A model generated the notes under the pieces. The model was given only the letters and a program-made list of their open reading frames with translations, was not told the DNA's origin and searched no databases. Positions 40,819 to 51,525 of a DNA stretch of 64,000 nucleotides are shown here, piece after piece. Positions within the stretch are counted from its first letter, which is position 1, and each line of letters opens with the position of its first letter. The position numbers and the translations under genes are program-made. The stretch covers positions 1,184,001-1,248,000 of the forward strand of contig OY970399.1 in NCBI GenBank assembly GCA_963720545.1, given 5' to 3'. The DNA comes from an uncultured Acidobacteriota bacterium. GTDB lineage: Bacteria; Acidobacteriota; Vicinamibacteria; Fen-336.

Positions 40819-42494
40819 TTGCGAGCTGCCGGCTGCTGGTAGCGGACCACGCCGCCGACGATCGTGTAGAGCACCGCGGCGTGCAGGATGTCCTTGTCGG
40901 GCACCGCGAGGATGTCCTTCGAGAGGACCGTGAAGTCGGCGCGCTTGTCCACCTCGATCGTGCCCTCGTTCTTCTCCTCGAAGGCGCCGTACGCCGCGTC
41001 GCGCGTATACGAGAGCAGCGCCTCGCGCCGCGTCATCTTCTGGTCGGGGTCGAACCCGCCCGGCGGCAGGCCCTTGTCGCTCATGCGCGTCACCGAGGCG
41101 TAGTAGCTGCGGATCGGGTCCACGTCCTCCACCGGCGCGTCGGTGCCGTTGATGATGCGCGCGCCGCTCTTCAGGAGCTTCTGCCAGACGTACAGGCCCT
41201 CGGTGACGCGCGCCTTGCCCAGGCGGCTCTCGGCCCAGGGCCGGTCGGACGTGCAATGGATGCCCTCCATCGAGGCGATCACGCCGAGCTTGCCGAAGCG
41301 CGGGATGTCCTGCTCGTCGAGGATCTGGGCGTGCTCGATGCGCGGCCGCAGTTCGGCGAGGCGCGGCGATTCGCCCTGCACCTTCTCGTAGATGTCGAGC
41401 ATGGTGCGGTTGGCCTTGTCGCCAATCGCATGGGTGCACGGCTGGAAACCGTGGGTCGCCGCGTAGCGGGTCGCTTCCAGCAGCACTTCTGGCGGTGTCG
41501 TGAAGAAGCCCGAGTTCTTCGGGTCGTCGTCGTAGGGTTCGAGCAGCACCGCGCCGCGCGAGCCCATGGCGCCGTCGGCATAGAGCTTGACCGCGCGGAT
41601 CGCGAGCCAGCCGTCGGGATCGAGTCGCGGTTCGCCGAAGGCGCGCATGGTGTCGAAGCCGCTCAGCATGATGTGGAAGCGCAGCGGCAGCGTGCCCGCC
41701 TTCGCGCGCTCCTCGAGGAGCGCCACGGTGGCGCGCGTCGCGCCGGCGTCATGGAAGCGCGTGATGCCCTTGCGGCTCAGTTCCTCGAAAGCCAGGTCGA
41801 GCGCCTTGTTCTGCTGCTCCATGTCCGGCTCGGGCACCTTGATCAGTTCCATGGCGTTGTCCACGAACACGCCCGTGGCGTCGCCCTTCTGGTCGCGGAT
41901 GATCTCGCCGCCCTCCGGTGATGCGGTTTCCCTGGTGATTCCCGAGAGCTTCATCGCCGCGGCGTTGACCAGCAATGCGTGGCCGTCGGCGCGATCGAGC
42001 ACCACCGGGTTATTCGGCACCGCGGCCGAGAGCGCCGCGTGCGTCGGAAAGTTGCGCACCGAAACGGGCGGCTTGCGGGTCCACTTGCTCTCGTGCCAGC
42101 CGTGGCCCGCGATCCACTGCCCCGGCTTGCGGCCCTTCGCTGCAGCAGCCACGCGCTGCACGATCTGCTGATAGCTCGTGGTGTCCATCAGGTCCACGCC
42201 GAGCCGTACCTCGCCCATGTCCATCAGGTGGCCGTGGCTTTCCTGGAACCCCGGGATCACCGTCGCGCCCTGCAGCTCGATGAGGCGGGTCTGCGGGCCG
42301 ATCCACGACGCGACATCGGCATCGCTCCCCACCACGACGATCCTGCCGCCGCGCACCGCCACGGCGCGGGCATCGGCCTGGCCATCGACGGCGGTGTGCA
42401 CGATGCCGCCGCGCATCACCAGGTCGGCTTGCGGCGTTTGCGCGGCCGCGGCGGTGGTGGCGGCAGCAGCGAGCAGCAGGATCGCGAAGTTCAT
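40815..42494 (-). CDS. Secreted amidohydrolase (YtcJ/Amidohydro_3)
   Basis: PGFQESHGH, KLYADGAMGSRGA, HAIGD, RIEHAQ, NGTDAPV; start re-called. Confidence 0.9.
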   Translation of the reverse strand: MNFAILLLAAAATTAAAAQTPQADLVMRGGIVHTAVDGQADARAVAVRGGRIVVVGSDADVASWIGPQTRLIELQGATVIPGFQESHGHLMDMGEVRLGVDLMDTTSYQQIVQRVAAAAKGRKPGQWIAGHGWHESKWTRKPPVSVRNFPTHAALSAAVPNNPVVLDRADGHALLVNAAAMKLSGITRETASPEGGEIIRDQKGDATGVFVDNAMELIKVPEPDMEQQNKALDLAFEELSRKGITRFHDAGATRATVALLEERAKAGTLPLRFHIMLSGFDTMRAFGEPRLDPDGWLAIRAVKLYADGAMGSRGAVLLEPYDDDPKNSGFFTTPPEVLLEATRYAATHGFQPCTHAIGDKANRTMLDIYEKVQGESPRLAELRPRIEHAQILDEQDIPRFGKLGVIASMEGIHCTSDRPWAESRLGKARVTEGLYVWQKLLKSGARIINGTDAPVEDVDPIRSYYASVTRMSDKGLPPGGFDPDQKMTRREALLSYTRDAAYGAFEEKNEGTIEVDKRADFTVLSKDILAVPDKDILHAAVLYTIVGGVVRYQQPAARK

Positions 42495-42504
42495 GGGGCC
42501 AACT

Positions 42505-43182
42505 CTACGCGAGGTCGCAGTCGCAGAAGACGAAGCCGTCGCGCTCCACCACCTCGCCTGTGGTGATCGCAAGCGGCGCCGCGAACATCGGCCCGTCGTA
42601 GGCGAACGAATGGAACTCGCCGTTCTCGCCGCAGGGATCGACGCTCGCGGGCAGCTCGCCAAGCAGGCTGTGGTCGAACTCGCGGCCGGCGAACGAACGG
42701 TCGAGCCGGCGCGGATCGATGCAGACGAGGCGCGCGCGCAGGCCGCTCTCGATCATCTCCCCGGCAAGCTGCGCGGTCGTCGCCGAATGCCACAGCGGGA
42801 AGAGGGGCTCGATGCCGGTGCCGCGCAGCCGCTCCTCGCGGTAGCGCCGTACGTCCTCGAGAAACAAGTCGCCGAACGCGACATGCGTGCATCCGGAGCG
42901 CACGAAGCCCGCGACCGCCGCGGCCATGAGGCGTTCATACTCTTCATTCGGACACGGCCAGGGCAGCGGCACCACGTGCAGCGGCAGCCCGAGAGCGCGC
43001 GCCTGCGCCTCGAGGAGCGTGCGCCGCACACCGTGCATCGCCACCCGGTCGAAGGCCGCGTTGGTGGTGGTGAGGAGTCCCGCAATGGCATCCTTGCCGT
43101 GCAGGTGCTGCAACACGTGGAGCATCCACGCGGAATCCTTGCCGCTCGACCAGGACACGATGATGCGCGGCGTGCGCTGCAT
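42505..43182 (-). CDS. PP-loop ATP pyrophosphatase (diphthine-ammonia ligase/MJ0570-like)
   Basis: SWSSGKDS, FGDLFLEDVRRYRE, DPCGENGEFHSF. Confidence 0.88.
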   Translation of the reverse strand: MQRTPRIIVSWSSGKDSAWMLHVLQHLHGKDAIAGLLTTTNAAFDRVAMHGVRRTLLEAQARALGLPLHVVPLPWPCPNEEYERLMAAAVAGFVRSGCTHVAFGDLFLEDVRRYREERLRGTGIEPLFPLWHSATTAQLAGEMIESGLRARLVCIDPRRLDRSFAGREFDHSLLGELPASVDPCGENGEFHSFAYDGPMFAAPLAITTGEVVERDGFVFCDCDLA

Positions 43183-43294
43183 GAGGCTGAAGTCTCTATC
43201 AATCATCAGCTTGCGCGCCAGCGTGAGGTAAGTTGGCCGTCGCCGCAGGCGCTGGTGCTATAGTGCCAAACGACCGCAAGATATAGGGGTTAGG

Positions 43295-46200
43295 ATGCGT
43301 CTCGAGAAGGTGGAGATCCTGGGGTTCAAGAGCTTCTGCGACAAGCAGGAAGTCTCTTTCCAGGGCGGAGTTACGGGAATCGTCGGGCCGAACGGCTGCG
43401 GCAAGAGCAACATCTCGGACGCGATTTCCTGGGTGCTCGGCGAGCAGAGCGCCAAGAGCCTGCGCGGCGCCTCGATGGAGGACGTGATCTTCGCGGGCAG
43501 CCAGGCGCGCCAACCGCTCGCCATGGCCGAGGTGAGCCTGAGCGTCTCCGGACTCAACGGCAACAGCCCCGACGGCAACCCCGAAGCAACGGTCACCCGC
43601 CGCCTCTACCGCGACGGGACCAGCGAGTACCTGATCAACGGCGAGCTGAGCCGCCTCAAGGACATCCACGAGATCTTCATGGACACCGGCCTCGGCTCGA
43701 AGGCCTACTCCATCATCGAGCAGGGCAAGATCGGCCTCATCCTCTCGAGCAAACCGGCCGACCGCCGCGGCCTCATCGAGGAAGCGGCCGGCATCACCAA
43801 GTACAAGGCGCGCCGCCGGCAGACGCAGCTCAAGCTGGAAGCGGCCGAGCAGAACCTGCTGCGCGTCAACGACATCGTCCACGAGCTCGAGAAGCAGCTC
43901 GACAGCCTGAAGCGCCAGGCGAGCAAGGCGCGCCGGCATCGCGCGCTGCGCGAGGAGATGCAGGGTGTCGAGCGCGTGCTGTTCGGCCGCCGCTTCCTCG
44001 AACTGGGCGGCGCGGCCGCGCACCTCGAGGCGCGGCTCGGCGAAGAAAGCGACCGCGAACGCAGCGCTTCGGTGGCGCTCGAGACGGAAGAAGCGCAGCT
44101 CGGCGCGCGCCGCGCGGGGCTTTACGAGGAAGAAGGCCGGCTCGAAGGACTGCGTGCGTCACTCGGCGAACTCACCGTCGCCCTCAACCGCCACGAGGGC
44201 CACTCACTCCACTGCAAGGAACAGGTCAAGGACTCGGAAGCGCGCGCGGCTGCCGCGCGGACCGAAGGCGCCGAGCTCGAGGCGCGGGTGGCGCCGCTGG
44301 CGCTCGAACTCGACACGCATCGCACCATGGAACAGACGCTGCGCGACGAGGTGGCTGCGACCAGCGCCACCACCGCAGGCGCCGAGACCCTGGTGCGTGA
44401 GCGCGCGGCGGCGGTCTCGCAGCTCACCGTCGAGCAGGACACCGTGCGCGATGCGCAGGTGGGTCTCGTCGAGAAGATCGGCGCGCTGCAGAACGCCGGC
44501 GCTTCGGTGTCGGGCAGCGCGGAACGCGCGGCCGCCGACCTGATGAAGCTGGCCGCGGAAATCGAGGATGCGAGCCGCGAGGGTGCGCGCACCGTGGCTC
44601 TCCTCGCCGACCTCGGCGGCCGCAAGTCGGTGAGCGAAGCGAGCATCGAGGGACTGTGGAGCGAGCACCGCTCCACGGTCGCGCGCTCGTCGGCGCTGCG
44701 CCATGCGGCGGAGGAGGCCGAGTCGCGGATTGCCGTGCTGCGCAGCGAATGGGACGGGCTCGCCGGCCGCAAGGCGTCGCTCCTCGAAATGGTGGCGAGC
44801 CATTCGGCCTTCGACGAGGGGGTGCGCCACCTGCTGGCGAGCCCGGAGGCTCTCGAAGTGCGCGGCGTGGTCGCCGACTTCGTGGAAACCGAGCCCGCGC
44901 ACGAGCGCGCGGTGGAGATCTTCCTCAGCGACTTCCTGCAGGCCGTGCTGGTTCCGGATGCCGCTGCCGCGCGCTCCGCAGTGGAGCAGCTGCGCGATTC
45001 GGGCGCCGGGCGCTGTGCGCTCCTGCCGCTCGCGTCCGTGTCGCCGCAGCACGATGCGGCGGCGCGCCTGCGCGCCGTTGCAACCGAAGAGCCGCGGGTG
45101 CGCGGCCTGCTGGGCGACCTGGTGCGCGTCAACGGTCCCTTCGCCGACGCCATCCGCGCCGCGATGCCCGAGGCGCTGGTGGTCGACACACTCGAGGACG
45201 CGTTCGAGCTGGCGGCACGCCGCGGCGCGCTGCCGATCGTGACGCTCGGCGGCGAGAACCTGCGCGGCGCCGTCGTGGAAGGCGGCCGCCGCGTGCGCGG
45301 CCTGTTGTCGCCGCGCCGCGAGATCAAGGAACTCGAAGAGCACCTCGGCGAACTGGACGTACAGCTGAGCGCGGCGCGCGAGCGCGAGACGGCGCTCGAA
45401 GCGGATGCCGCCGCCGCCGACGGCGAGAGCCGCCGGCTCGAGGCACTGATCCACGACGCCGAGAAGGACCTGGTCGCCCTCGCGCACGACCTGTCGACTG
45501 CCGAGGAAGAGCGCGCCCGCATCGACCGCAAGGCGTCGATCCTCGGCACCGAGCGCAGCCAGGCCGAGAACGAGCGCGGCGCCGCAGCGATGCGGATGGC
45601 CGAGATCCAGTCCGCTCTCGCCACGGCCGACACCGATCGCGCCGCGGGCGCCGCGCGGCTCGCCGACCTTGGCCTGCGCGTGTTCGAGTCGCGCGCAGCC
45701 CTGGAATCGGCGCAGGCGGAGCACGCCGAAGTGCGCAGCCGCCTGGCCGCCCTGCGCGAGCGCGCCGGCGCCGCGGAAGCGACGCAGCAACGGCTCGCAG
45801 CCGAGCACCGCGAGCTGGTCGAGCGCCTTTCGGCCGCAAGGCAGCGCGCGGCCGAGATGGACGAGCGCGGCCTGCAGTTCGGCGCCGACCTGCGCACCAC
45901 CGAGGCGGCGCTCGCCGCGACCCTCCTCGACCGCGATCGCGCTGCGAGGGAGATCGAGGGCGCCGACACCTCGGTGCGCGAAACCCGCGTCGAACTGGAA
46001 GCGCGCGAAGCGGCGCTCAAGGAACGGCGCCGCGAACGCGAGATCCTGCGCGACGCCATCTCGGAGCTGACGGTCGCCAAGGCGCGCAACGACTCGGACC
46101 GCGACCACCTGGCGCGCGAGAGCCACCAGACGCTCGGCCAGACCGCCGCCGAGTGCGCGGCGACACTCACCGACGACGACCGTGCGCTCGAGCTGAGCGA

Positions 46201-46837
46201 CGTCGAGACGCGGCTGGTGGAGATGCGCGACCGCATCGAGAAGATGGGCGCCGTCAACGTGCTGGCCGTGGAACAGTCGCAGGAGCTGGAAGAGCGGCAC
46301 ACGTTCCTGACCGCGCAGCGCCAGGACCTGAACGACTCGATCGACGAGATGAAGCGCGCCATCCGCGGCATCGACAAGACGTCGCGCGAGCGCTTCGAGG
46401 AGGCGTTCCGCGTCATCAACGAGCACTTCGGCACGATCTTCAAGCAGCTGTTCGGTGGCGGCACCGCGGGCCTCAGCCTGCTCGACGAGGACGACATCCT
46501 CGAAAGCGGCATCGACGTGATGGCGCAGCCCCCGGGCAAGCGGCTGCAGAGCGTGATGCTGCTCTCCGGCGGCGAGAAGGCGATGACGGCGATCGCGCTG
46601 CTGTTCGCGATCTTCCAGTACAAGCCTTCGCCCTTCTGCATCCTCGACGAGGTGGACGCGCCGCTCGACGACGCCAACATCGGCCGTTTCGTGCGCATGC
46701 TCGAGAGCCTCAAGGAGCAGACCCAGTTCGTCCTCATCACCCACTCGCGCAAGACCATGGAGATCGCCGACCACCTCTACGGCGTCACCATGGAAGAACC
46801 AGGCGTCAGCAAACTGGTCAGCGTGCGTTTCGCGTAG
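43295..46837 (+). CDS. smc: Chromosome segregation protein SMC
   Basis: GFKSF, GPNGCGKSN, coiled coils with hinge, PPGKRLQ, LSGGEK, LDEVDAPLD. Confidence 0.97.
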   Translation: MRLEKVEILGFKSFCDKQEVSFQGGVTGIVGPNGCGKSNISDAISWVLGEQSAKSLRGASMEDVIFAGSQARQPLAMAEVSLSVSGLNGNSPDGNPEATVTRRLYRDGTSEYLINGELSRLKDIHEIFMDTGLGSKAYSIIEQGKIGLILSSKPADRRGLIEEAAGITKYKARRRQTQLKLEAAEQNLLRVNDIVHELEKQLDSLKRQASKARRHRALREEMQGVERVLFGRRFLELGGAAAHLEARLGEESDRERSASVALETEEAQLGARRAGLYEEEGRLEGLRASLGELTVALNRHEGHSLHCKEQVKDSEARAAAARTEGAELEARVAPLALELDTHRTMEQTLRDEVAATSATTAGAETLVRERAAAVSQLTVEQDTVRDAQVGLVEKIGALQNAGASVSGSAERAAADLMKLAAEIEDASREGARTVALLADLGGRKSVSEASIEGLWSEHRSTVARSSALRHAAEEAESRIAVLRSEWDGLAGRKASLLEMVASHSAFDEGVRHLLASPEALEVRGVVADFVETEPAHERAVEIFLSDFLQAVLVPDAAAARSAVEQLRDSGAGRCALLPLASVSPQHDAAARLRAVATEEPRVRGLLGDLVRVNGPFADAIRAAMPEALVVDTLEDAFELAARRGALPIVTLGGENLRGAVVEGGRRVRGLLSPRREIKELEEHLGELDVQLSAARERETALEADAAAADGESRRLEALIHDAEKDLVALAHDLSTAEEERARIDRKASILGTERSQAENERGAAAMRMAEIQSALATADTDRAAGAARLADLGLRVFESRAALESAQAEHAEVRSRLAALRERAGAAEATQQRLAAEHRELVERLSAARQRAAEMDERGLQFGADLRTTEAALAATLLDRDRAAREIEGADTSVRETRVELEAREAALKERRREREILRDAISELTVAKARNDSDRDHLARESHQTLGQTAAECAATLTDDDRALELSDVETRLVEMRDRIEKMGAVNVLAVEQSQELEERHTFLTAQRQDLNDSIDEMKRAIRGIDKTSRERFEEAFRVINEHFGTIFKQLFGGGTAGLSLLDEDDILESGIDVMAQPPGKRLQSVMLLSGGEKAMTAIALLFAIFQYKPSPFCILDEVDAPLDDANIGRFVRMLESLKEQTQFVLITHSRKTMEIADHLYGVTMEEPGVSKLVSVRFA

Positions 46838-46917
46838 ATCGACGGTCGAATCGGCCTACGCGCGGTGCGCGCGTCGAACTTGGTCGAGTCGGTAGCGGAG
46901 AATCCTGCGGCAGCGGC

Positions 46918-48384
46918 TCAGTTGCGCGGCGTGTCGATCCAGAGATGGGCGGCGTCGAACCACGTTTCACCGCCCTGGTTGTCGTACAGCAAGCGAACGC
47001 TCATACGCGAGAAGGGCTTGTCGGCCACCACGCGGACGGCCCTCCGCTCCCAGTCATGGGTGCCGCTGGTGAACGGCCTATGCCACGTACGCTGGGTGCC
47101 ATCGTCGTAGTAGATGCGAAACACCAGCGCGTACGGGCCGCCGGTCGCCGTGGCATCCACCGACTTGCTGAACGCTTCGGCGTGGACCACGCTGCCGGCA
47201 GGCCCGGCGACCGCCACCTCCTGGCGGAGGCTCTTGCCGGCCCCGGGCGCGCCGGTGATATGGAACGACTGTCGGTCGTCGTATGCATCGGACGAGCGGC
47301 CATCGGCCGGTCCAGCGATGCCGCGCTTGGTCCAGGCGGCCGGCAGATTGCGGTTTGTGCCGGACCGCTCCTCGAACGACCCGTTCAGGAGGGACTCATT
47401 CTCCAGGAAAATGCCGATTGTGCCGTACGAGGGGTAGGACACATAGACCCGGCCGCGCCGACTATCGACGCTGATCGGTCGATAGGTGTGCTCGGGGACG
47501 TAGCCACCAATCGCTCGCACGAGCTGCAGCGAATCCGCATCGATGACAAGCAGGCCCGCCTTGGGCCCGCGCGGCTCACCGTAACCCCCATCCGTAAAGA
47601 GCCTGCGCGTCGTGCTATCCAGGTCGATGTACCCCGTACAACACTGGGCTACCCCAAGAGAGTTCTTGTTGATCCTGCCAAGCACAGTGCTGCTGTTGGC
47701 GTCGATCACCGTGATGACTGCATTGCCGCCGACGAAGACGCGCTGAGTCGCGGTGTCAATGCTGATTGCGAAGACGTACGTATGGAGGGGAACGCTGTCC
47801 ACGAAGGCCGCTATCGTCGTGTCGATCACGCCAAGCGTGCCATCACGAAGACCAACGTAGAGTCGGTTCCGAGCGGGATCGACCGCCAGTGCCGTGGGCT
47901 CCTGTGGGAAAGAAATCGTGCCCACGACAGTTGCGGTACTGATATCGACGACATCTATGCCGTTACCGACCCCGACGCAGCAATCCCGAGCGACGTACAG
48001 CCGCTGCGTCACCCCGTCGAGCGCGAGTGCACTTACGCTCGATTCGCCGGAGAGCGGAATGTTGCCGACGACTGTGTTGGAGGCTCCATCGATGATCGAC
48101 AGCCCCCCGATTTCGGGGCGCTCCAGGGCGGCATAGATGCGGTTGTTTGCCTCGCCGACGGCGACCACGGCCTGAGTGTCAAGGTCGCCAGAAATTTCAG
48201 CGACGACCGTGTCCGTGACGCCGTCGACGACGCTCACGCGGCCGTAACCGGGCGCGTACACACGCCCTGTCCTTGTGTTGACTGCAGTGGGCCCTGCCCC
48301 CACCGCGACAACCGCGGCTGAGAGAGTCGCCGGTATCAATGCTGCGGTGCCGAAGCTGACGGACTGGCGGAAGATTCGTCCCAT
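46918..48384 (-). CDS. YncE/YVTN-type beta-propeller protein with C-terminal carbohydrate-binding-like domain
   Basis: Repeats NRIYAA / RLYVA / VSVVDG.T.TVV; C-terminal LLNGSFEE...W...WFDA jelly-roll pattern. Confidence 0.72.
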   Translation of the reverse strand: MGRIFRQSVSFGTAALIPATLSAAVVAVGAGPTAVNTRTGRVYAPGYGRVSVVDGVTDTVVAEISGDLDTQAVVAVGEANNRIYAALERPEIGGLSIIDGASNTVVGNIPLSGESSVSALALDGVTQRLYVARDCCVGVGNGIDVVDISTATVVGTISFPQEPTALAVDPARNRLYVGLRDGTLGVIDTTIAAFVDSVPLHTYVFAISIDTATQRVFVGGNAVITVIDANSSTVLGRINKNSLGVAQCCTGYIDLDSTTRRLFTDGGYGEPRGPKAGLLVIDADSLQLVRAIGGYVPEHTYRPISVDSRRGRVYVSYPSYGTIGIFLENESLLNGSFEERSGTNRNLPAAWTKRGIAGPADGRSSDAYDDRQSFHITGAPGAGKSLRQEVAVAGPAGSVVHAEAFSKSVDATATGGPYALVFRIYYDDGTQRTWHRPFTSGTHDWERRAVRVVADKPFSRMSVRLLYDNQGGETWFDAAHLWIDTPRN

Positions 48385-48558
48385 CCTCTACCTCTTTCTG
48401 CGCGTAACACATCGACGCGGATCGGCAGCCTCAATTGGCGTGCTTAGGTCGTCGCTAACGTCCTTGGCTGCGGCCGGCGACCATCCGCCCTCAGCAGGTC
48501 GTCAGGCCGGTTTGCCACGCATACTCGCACAATCCGTCGATGACGTAGCATTCCTCGA

Positions 48559-50124
48559 ATGCCACTGGCGGACGCTTCCGACAGCGACGGCCTGTTCCCC
48601 TGGACCGCGCTCGACGGCTATGCCGAGGACGAGACCCTTTGGGCTGAGCTGCCGCTCGAGACACTCGTACGGCTCGCGTGCGTGCCGGTGGCGCGGGCCG
48701 AAGACGGGGAGCGGTTGGTGCTCGCGTTCGCGGCGCCGCTGGAGCCGGCGCGGGTCGATGAAGCCGAGTTCTTCCTGGCGCGGCCGATCGAGGCACTTGC
48801 GGCGCCCGCCGAGCTCGTGCAGCAGATCCTGCGCCGCCATCGCAGCGGCGAGATGATGCTCGACCAGGCCACCGAGCACCTCAAGCTGCAGCTGGTGGCC
48901 GAGGACGACGCCGTCGGCCTCGACGTGCACACCCTGCCGGCGGAGAGCCCGATCGTGCGCCTCGTGGACACGCTGGTGGTCGGCGCCATCGACCGGCGCG
49001 CGTCCGACATCCACATCGAGTCGAAGGACCGCGAGGTGCTGGCGAAGTACCGCATCGACGGGGTCCTCTACCCCGCGGTCGAGCCGCTCGACAAGCGCCA
49101 CCAGGAAACGATCATCAGCCGCATCAAGGTGATGGCCGAGCTCGACATCGCGGAGAAGCGCGTGCCGCAGGACGGCCGCTTCCGCCTGCGCGTCAAGGGG
49201 CGCACCATCGACTTCCGCGTCTCGATCATGCCGTCGATCCACGGCGAGGACGCCGTGATCCGCGTGCTCGACAAGGAATCGCTGAACGCCGCCTTCCGCA
49301 GCCTGCGCCTCGACGTGCTCGGCTTCTCACCGCCCGACCTGCGCAAGCTGCGCAAGTACGCGACCGAACCGTACGGCATGCTGCTGGTCACCGGTCCCAC
49401 CGGCAGCGGCAAGACCACCACCCTGTACGCGGCGCTCTCCGAGATCGCCTCGCCCGAGGAGAAGATCGTCACCATCGAGGACCCGGTCGAGTACCAGATC
49501 CCGGGCATCACCCAGGTGCCGGTGAACGAGAAGAAGGGCCTGACGTTCGCGCGCGGGCTGCGTTCGATCCTGCGCCACGATCCCGACAAGATCATGGTCG
49601 GCGAGGTGCGCGACTCCGAGACCGCCGAGATCGCGGTGCAATCGGCGCTCACCGGCCACCTGGTCTTCACCACCGTGCACGCCAACAACGTCTTCGACGT
49701 CATCGGCCGCTTCACGCACATGGGCGTCGAGCCCTATAACTTCGTCTCGGCCCTGAACGGCATCGTGGCACAGAGGCTGGTGCGCGTGTTGTGCGGCAAG
49801 TGCCAGAAGCCGGCGCGTTACGACGAGGCCTATCTCGTGGAATCCGGCCTCGACCCGTCGTCCCCGCAAATCGCCGAACTTCGCGAAGGCGACGGCTGCG
49901 AAGCCTGCGACGGCACCGGCTTCATCGGCCGCACGGCGGTGGCCGAAGTGCTCGACATGTCCGACCGCGTCCGCCAGCTCATCGTCGAGCGCCGGCCGGT
50001 GCCCGACCTGCGCGCCGCAGCGCGCGAGGAGGGTATGCGCTCGCTGCGCGAGGCCGCGCTCGAGAAAGTGTTCGCGGGCCTCACCACGCTGCGCGAGATC
50101 AACAAGGTCACGTTCTCCGCCTGA
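48559..50124 (+). CDS. GspE/PulE/PilB family secretion ATPase
   Basis: RASDIHIE, PQDGRF, GPTGSGKTT, TIEDPVEY, GEVRD, TGHLV, CGKC...CEAC. Confidence 0.93.
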   Translation: MPLADASDSDGLFPWTALDGYAEDETLWAELPLETLVRLACVPVARAEDGERLVLAFAAPLEPARVDEAEFFLARPIEALAAPAELVQQILRRHRSGEMMLDQATEHLKLQLVAEDDAVGLDVHTLPAESPIVRLVDTLVVGAIDRRASDIHIESKDREVLAKYRIDGVLYPAVEPLDKRHQETIISRIKVMAELDIAEKRVPQDGRFRLRVKGRTIDFRVSIMPSIHGEDAVIRVLDKESLNAAFRSLRLDVLGFSPPDLRKLRKYATEPYGMLLVTGPTGSGKTTTLYAALSEIASPEEKIVTIEDPVEYQIPGITQVPVNEKKGLTFARGLRSILRHDPDKIMVGEVRDSETAEIAVQSALTGHLVFTTVHANNVFDVIGRFTHMGVEPYNFVSALNGIVAQRLVRVLCGKCQKPARYDEAYLVESGLDPSSPQIAELREGDGCEACDGTGFIGRTAVAEVLDMSDRVRQLIVERRPVPDLRAAAREEGMRSLREAALEKVFAGLTTLREINKVTFSA

Positions 50125-50159
50125 CGCGGCGGGACCAGCATCATGAGAAGGCGCCCGAG

Positions 50160-50609
50160 ATGAGCGACACGCAGGCGCGGTTCGAGAACCCGCCGGATGC
50201 GGAGATCAAGGCGCTGCTCGAGGGCGCGCGCCGCATCGCGGTGGTCGGGCTCTCGCCGAAGCCGAACCGCGACTCGCACCGCGTCGCCGCGTACATGCAA
50301 AGCCGCGGCTACGAGATCGTGCCGGTGTACCCGCGCGAGGACCAGATCCTCGGCGCGCAGGTTTACCGCCGCGTCGCGGACGTGCCGGGCCCGATCGACA
50401 TCGTCGACGTGTTCCGCCGCAGCGAGGAGCTGCCCGCGGCGATCGACGACATCCTCACAAGCCCCGCGCGCGCCATCTGGCTGCAGCTCGACTGCATCGA
50501 CGTCGCCGGCGCGCTGCGCGCCCGCGGCCGCGGCCTGCGCGTCGTCATGGACCGCTGCCTGATGGTGGATCACGCCCGGCTCCTCGGCCAGTCGTGGACC
50601 ACGGCCTGA
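50160..50609 (+). CDS. CoA-binding protein (YccU-like)
   Basis: IAVVGLSPKPNRDS, IDIVDVFRR, IWLQ, VVMDRC; start re-called. Confidence 0.9.
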   Translation: MSDTQARFENPPDAEIKALLEGARRIAVVGLSPKPNRDSHRVAAYMQSRGYEIVPVYPREDQILGAQVYRRVADVPGPIDIVDVFRRSEELPAAIDDILTSPARAIWLQLDCIDVAGALRARGRGLRVVMDRCLMVDHARLLGQSWTTA

Positions 50610-50619
50610 GCTCAGCGGC

Positions 50620-51525
50620 TTGCTGCCGTTCAAGGTGCTGTTCGACCCGTCCGCCGACCTGGGCCTCGGCGCGCACGTCTTTCCCGGCGAGAAGTACGCG
50701 CTCATCGCCCGCTGGCTGCGCGACGAAGGCATCGCCGTGGAGGCCGACTTCGTCGTGCCGCGCCGCGCGACCGACGCGGAGCTGCTGCGTGTCCACACCG
50801 CCGAGTATCTGGAGAAGGTGAAGACCGGCACCTTCACCGAGTTCGAGGCGCACACGCTCGAAGTGCCTTGGTCGCCCACACTGGCCGAGGCATTCCTGGT
50901 GGCCGCGGGCGCCACCGTGGAGGCCGCCGCGCTCGCCCGCCGTGACGGTTGCGCGGTGACGCTCTCCGGAGGCTTCCACCACGCATTTCCGGATCACGGC
51001 GAGGGCTTCTGCCTCATCCACGACGTGGCGGTCGCCGTCGAGGCGCAGATTGCGTCGGGCGCGGCGCGGCGGGTTGCGATCGTGGACCTCGACGTGCACC
51101 AGGGCAACGGCTCGGCGGCGATCTTTCGCGAGCGCCAGGACGTGTTCACCGGCTCGGTGCACCAGGAGTGGTTGTACCCGTCGTGGAAGCCGCCGGGCAC
51201 GGTGGACATCGGCCTGCCCACCGGCGCGCGCGACCACGCGTACCTGGAAGCCGTCGACGAGCTGCTCACGCTGGTACGGCGGTTCGAACCGGACTCGATC
51301 TATTACGTGGCGGGCGCCGACCCCTATGAGCACGACCGTCTCGGCGGGTTGAAGGTGACGATGCAGGGACTCGCCGACCGTGACGAGCGCGTGTTCGACA
51401 CCGCGCTCGACCTGGGCGTGCCGGTGGTGGTGACGCTCGCCGGGGGCTACGCCGAGGACACTGGCGATACCGTCGAGATCCACGGCAATACGGTGCGCAT
51501 CGCCGGCCGGGTGTTCGCGAAGTGA
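50620..51525 (+). CDS. Histone deacetylase family protein
   Basis: GGFHHA, GFC, DLDVHQGNG, GADP, GGY. Confidence 0.92.
   Translation: MLPFKVLFDPSADLGLGAHVFPGEKYALIARWLRDEGIAVEADFVVPRRATDAELLRVHTAEYLEKVKTGTFTEFEAHTLEVPWSPTLAEAFLVAAGATVEAAALARRDGCAVTLSGGFHHAFPDHGEGFCLIHDVAVAVEAQIASGAARRVAIVDLDVHQGNGSAAIFRERQDVFTGSVHQEWLYPSWKPPGTVDIGLPTGARDHAYLEAVDELLTLVRRFEPDSIYYVAGADPYEHDRLGGLKVTMQGLADRDERVFDTALDLGVPVVVTLAGGYAEDTGDTVEIHGNTVRIAGRVFAK

Noticed and set aside
44656..48321. 1221-aa ORF and similar long ORFs (8180-11143, 28987-31821, 23621-26080, 44122-46758)
   Set aside because: Arg/Ala/Gly-rich shadow frames overlapping well-supported genes; expected in high-GC DNA.
48352..48365. 14-bp match (GAAGCTGACGGACT) to the reverse complement of the 26203 repeat loop
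   Set aside because: Single short match inside a CDS without the flanking stems; cannot be separated from chance.
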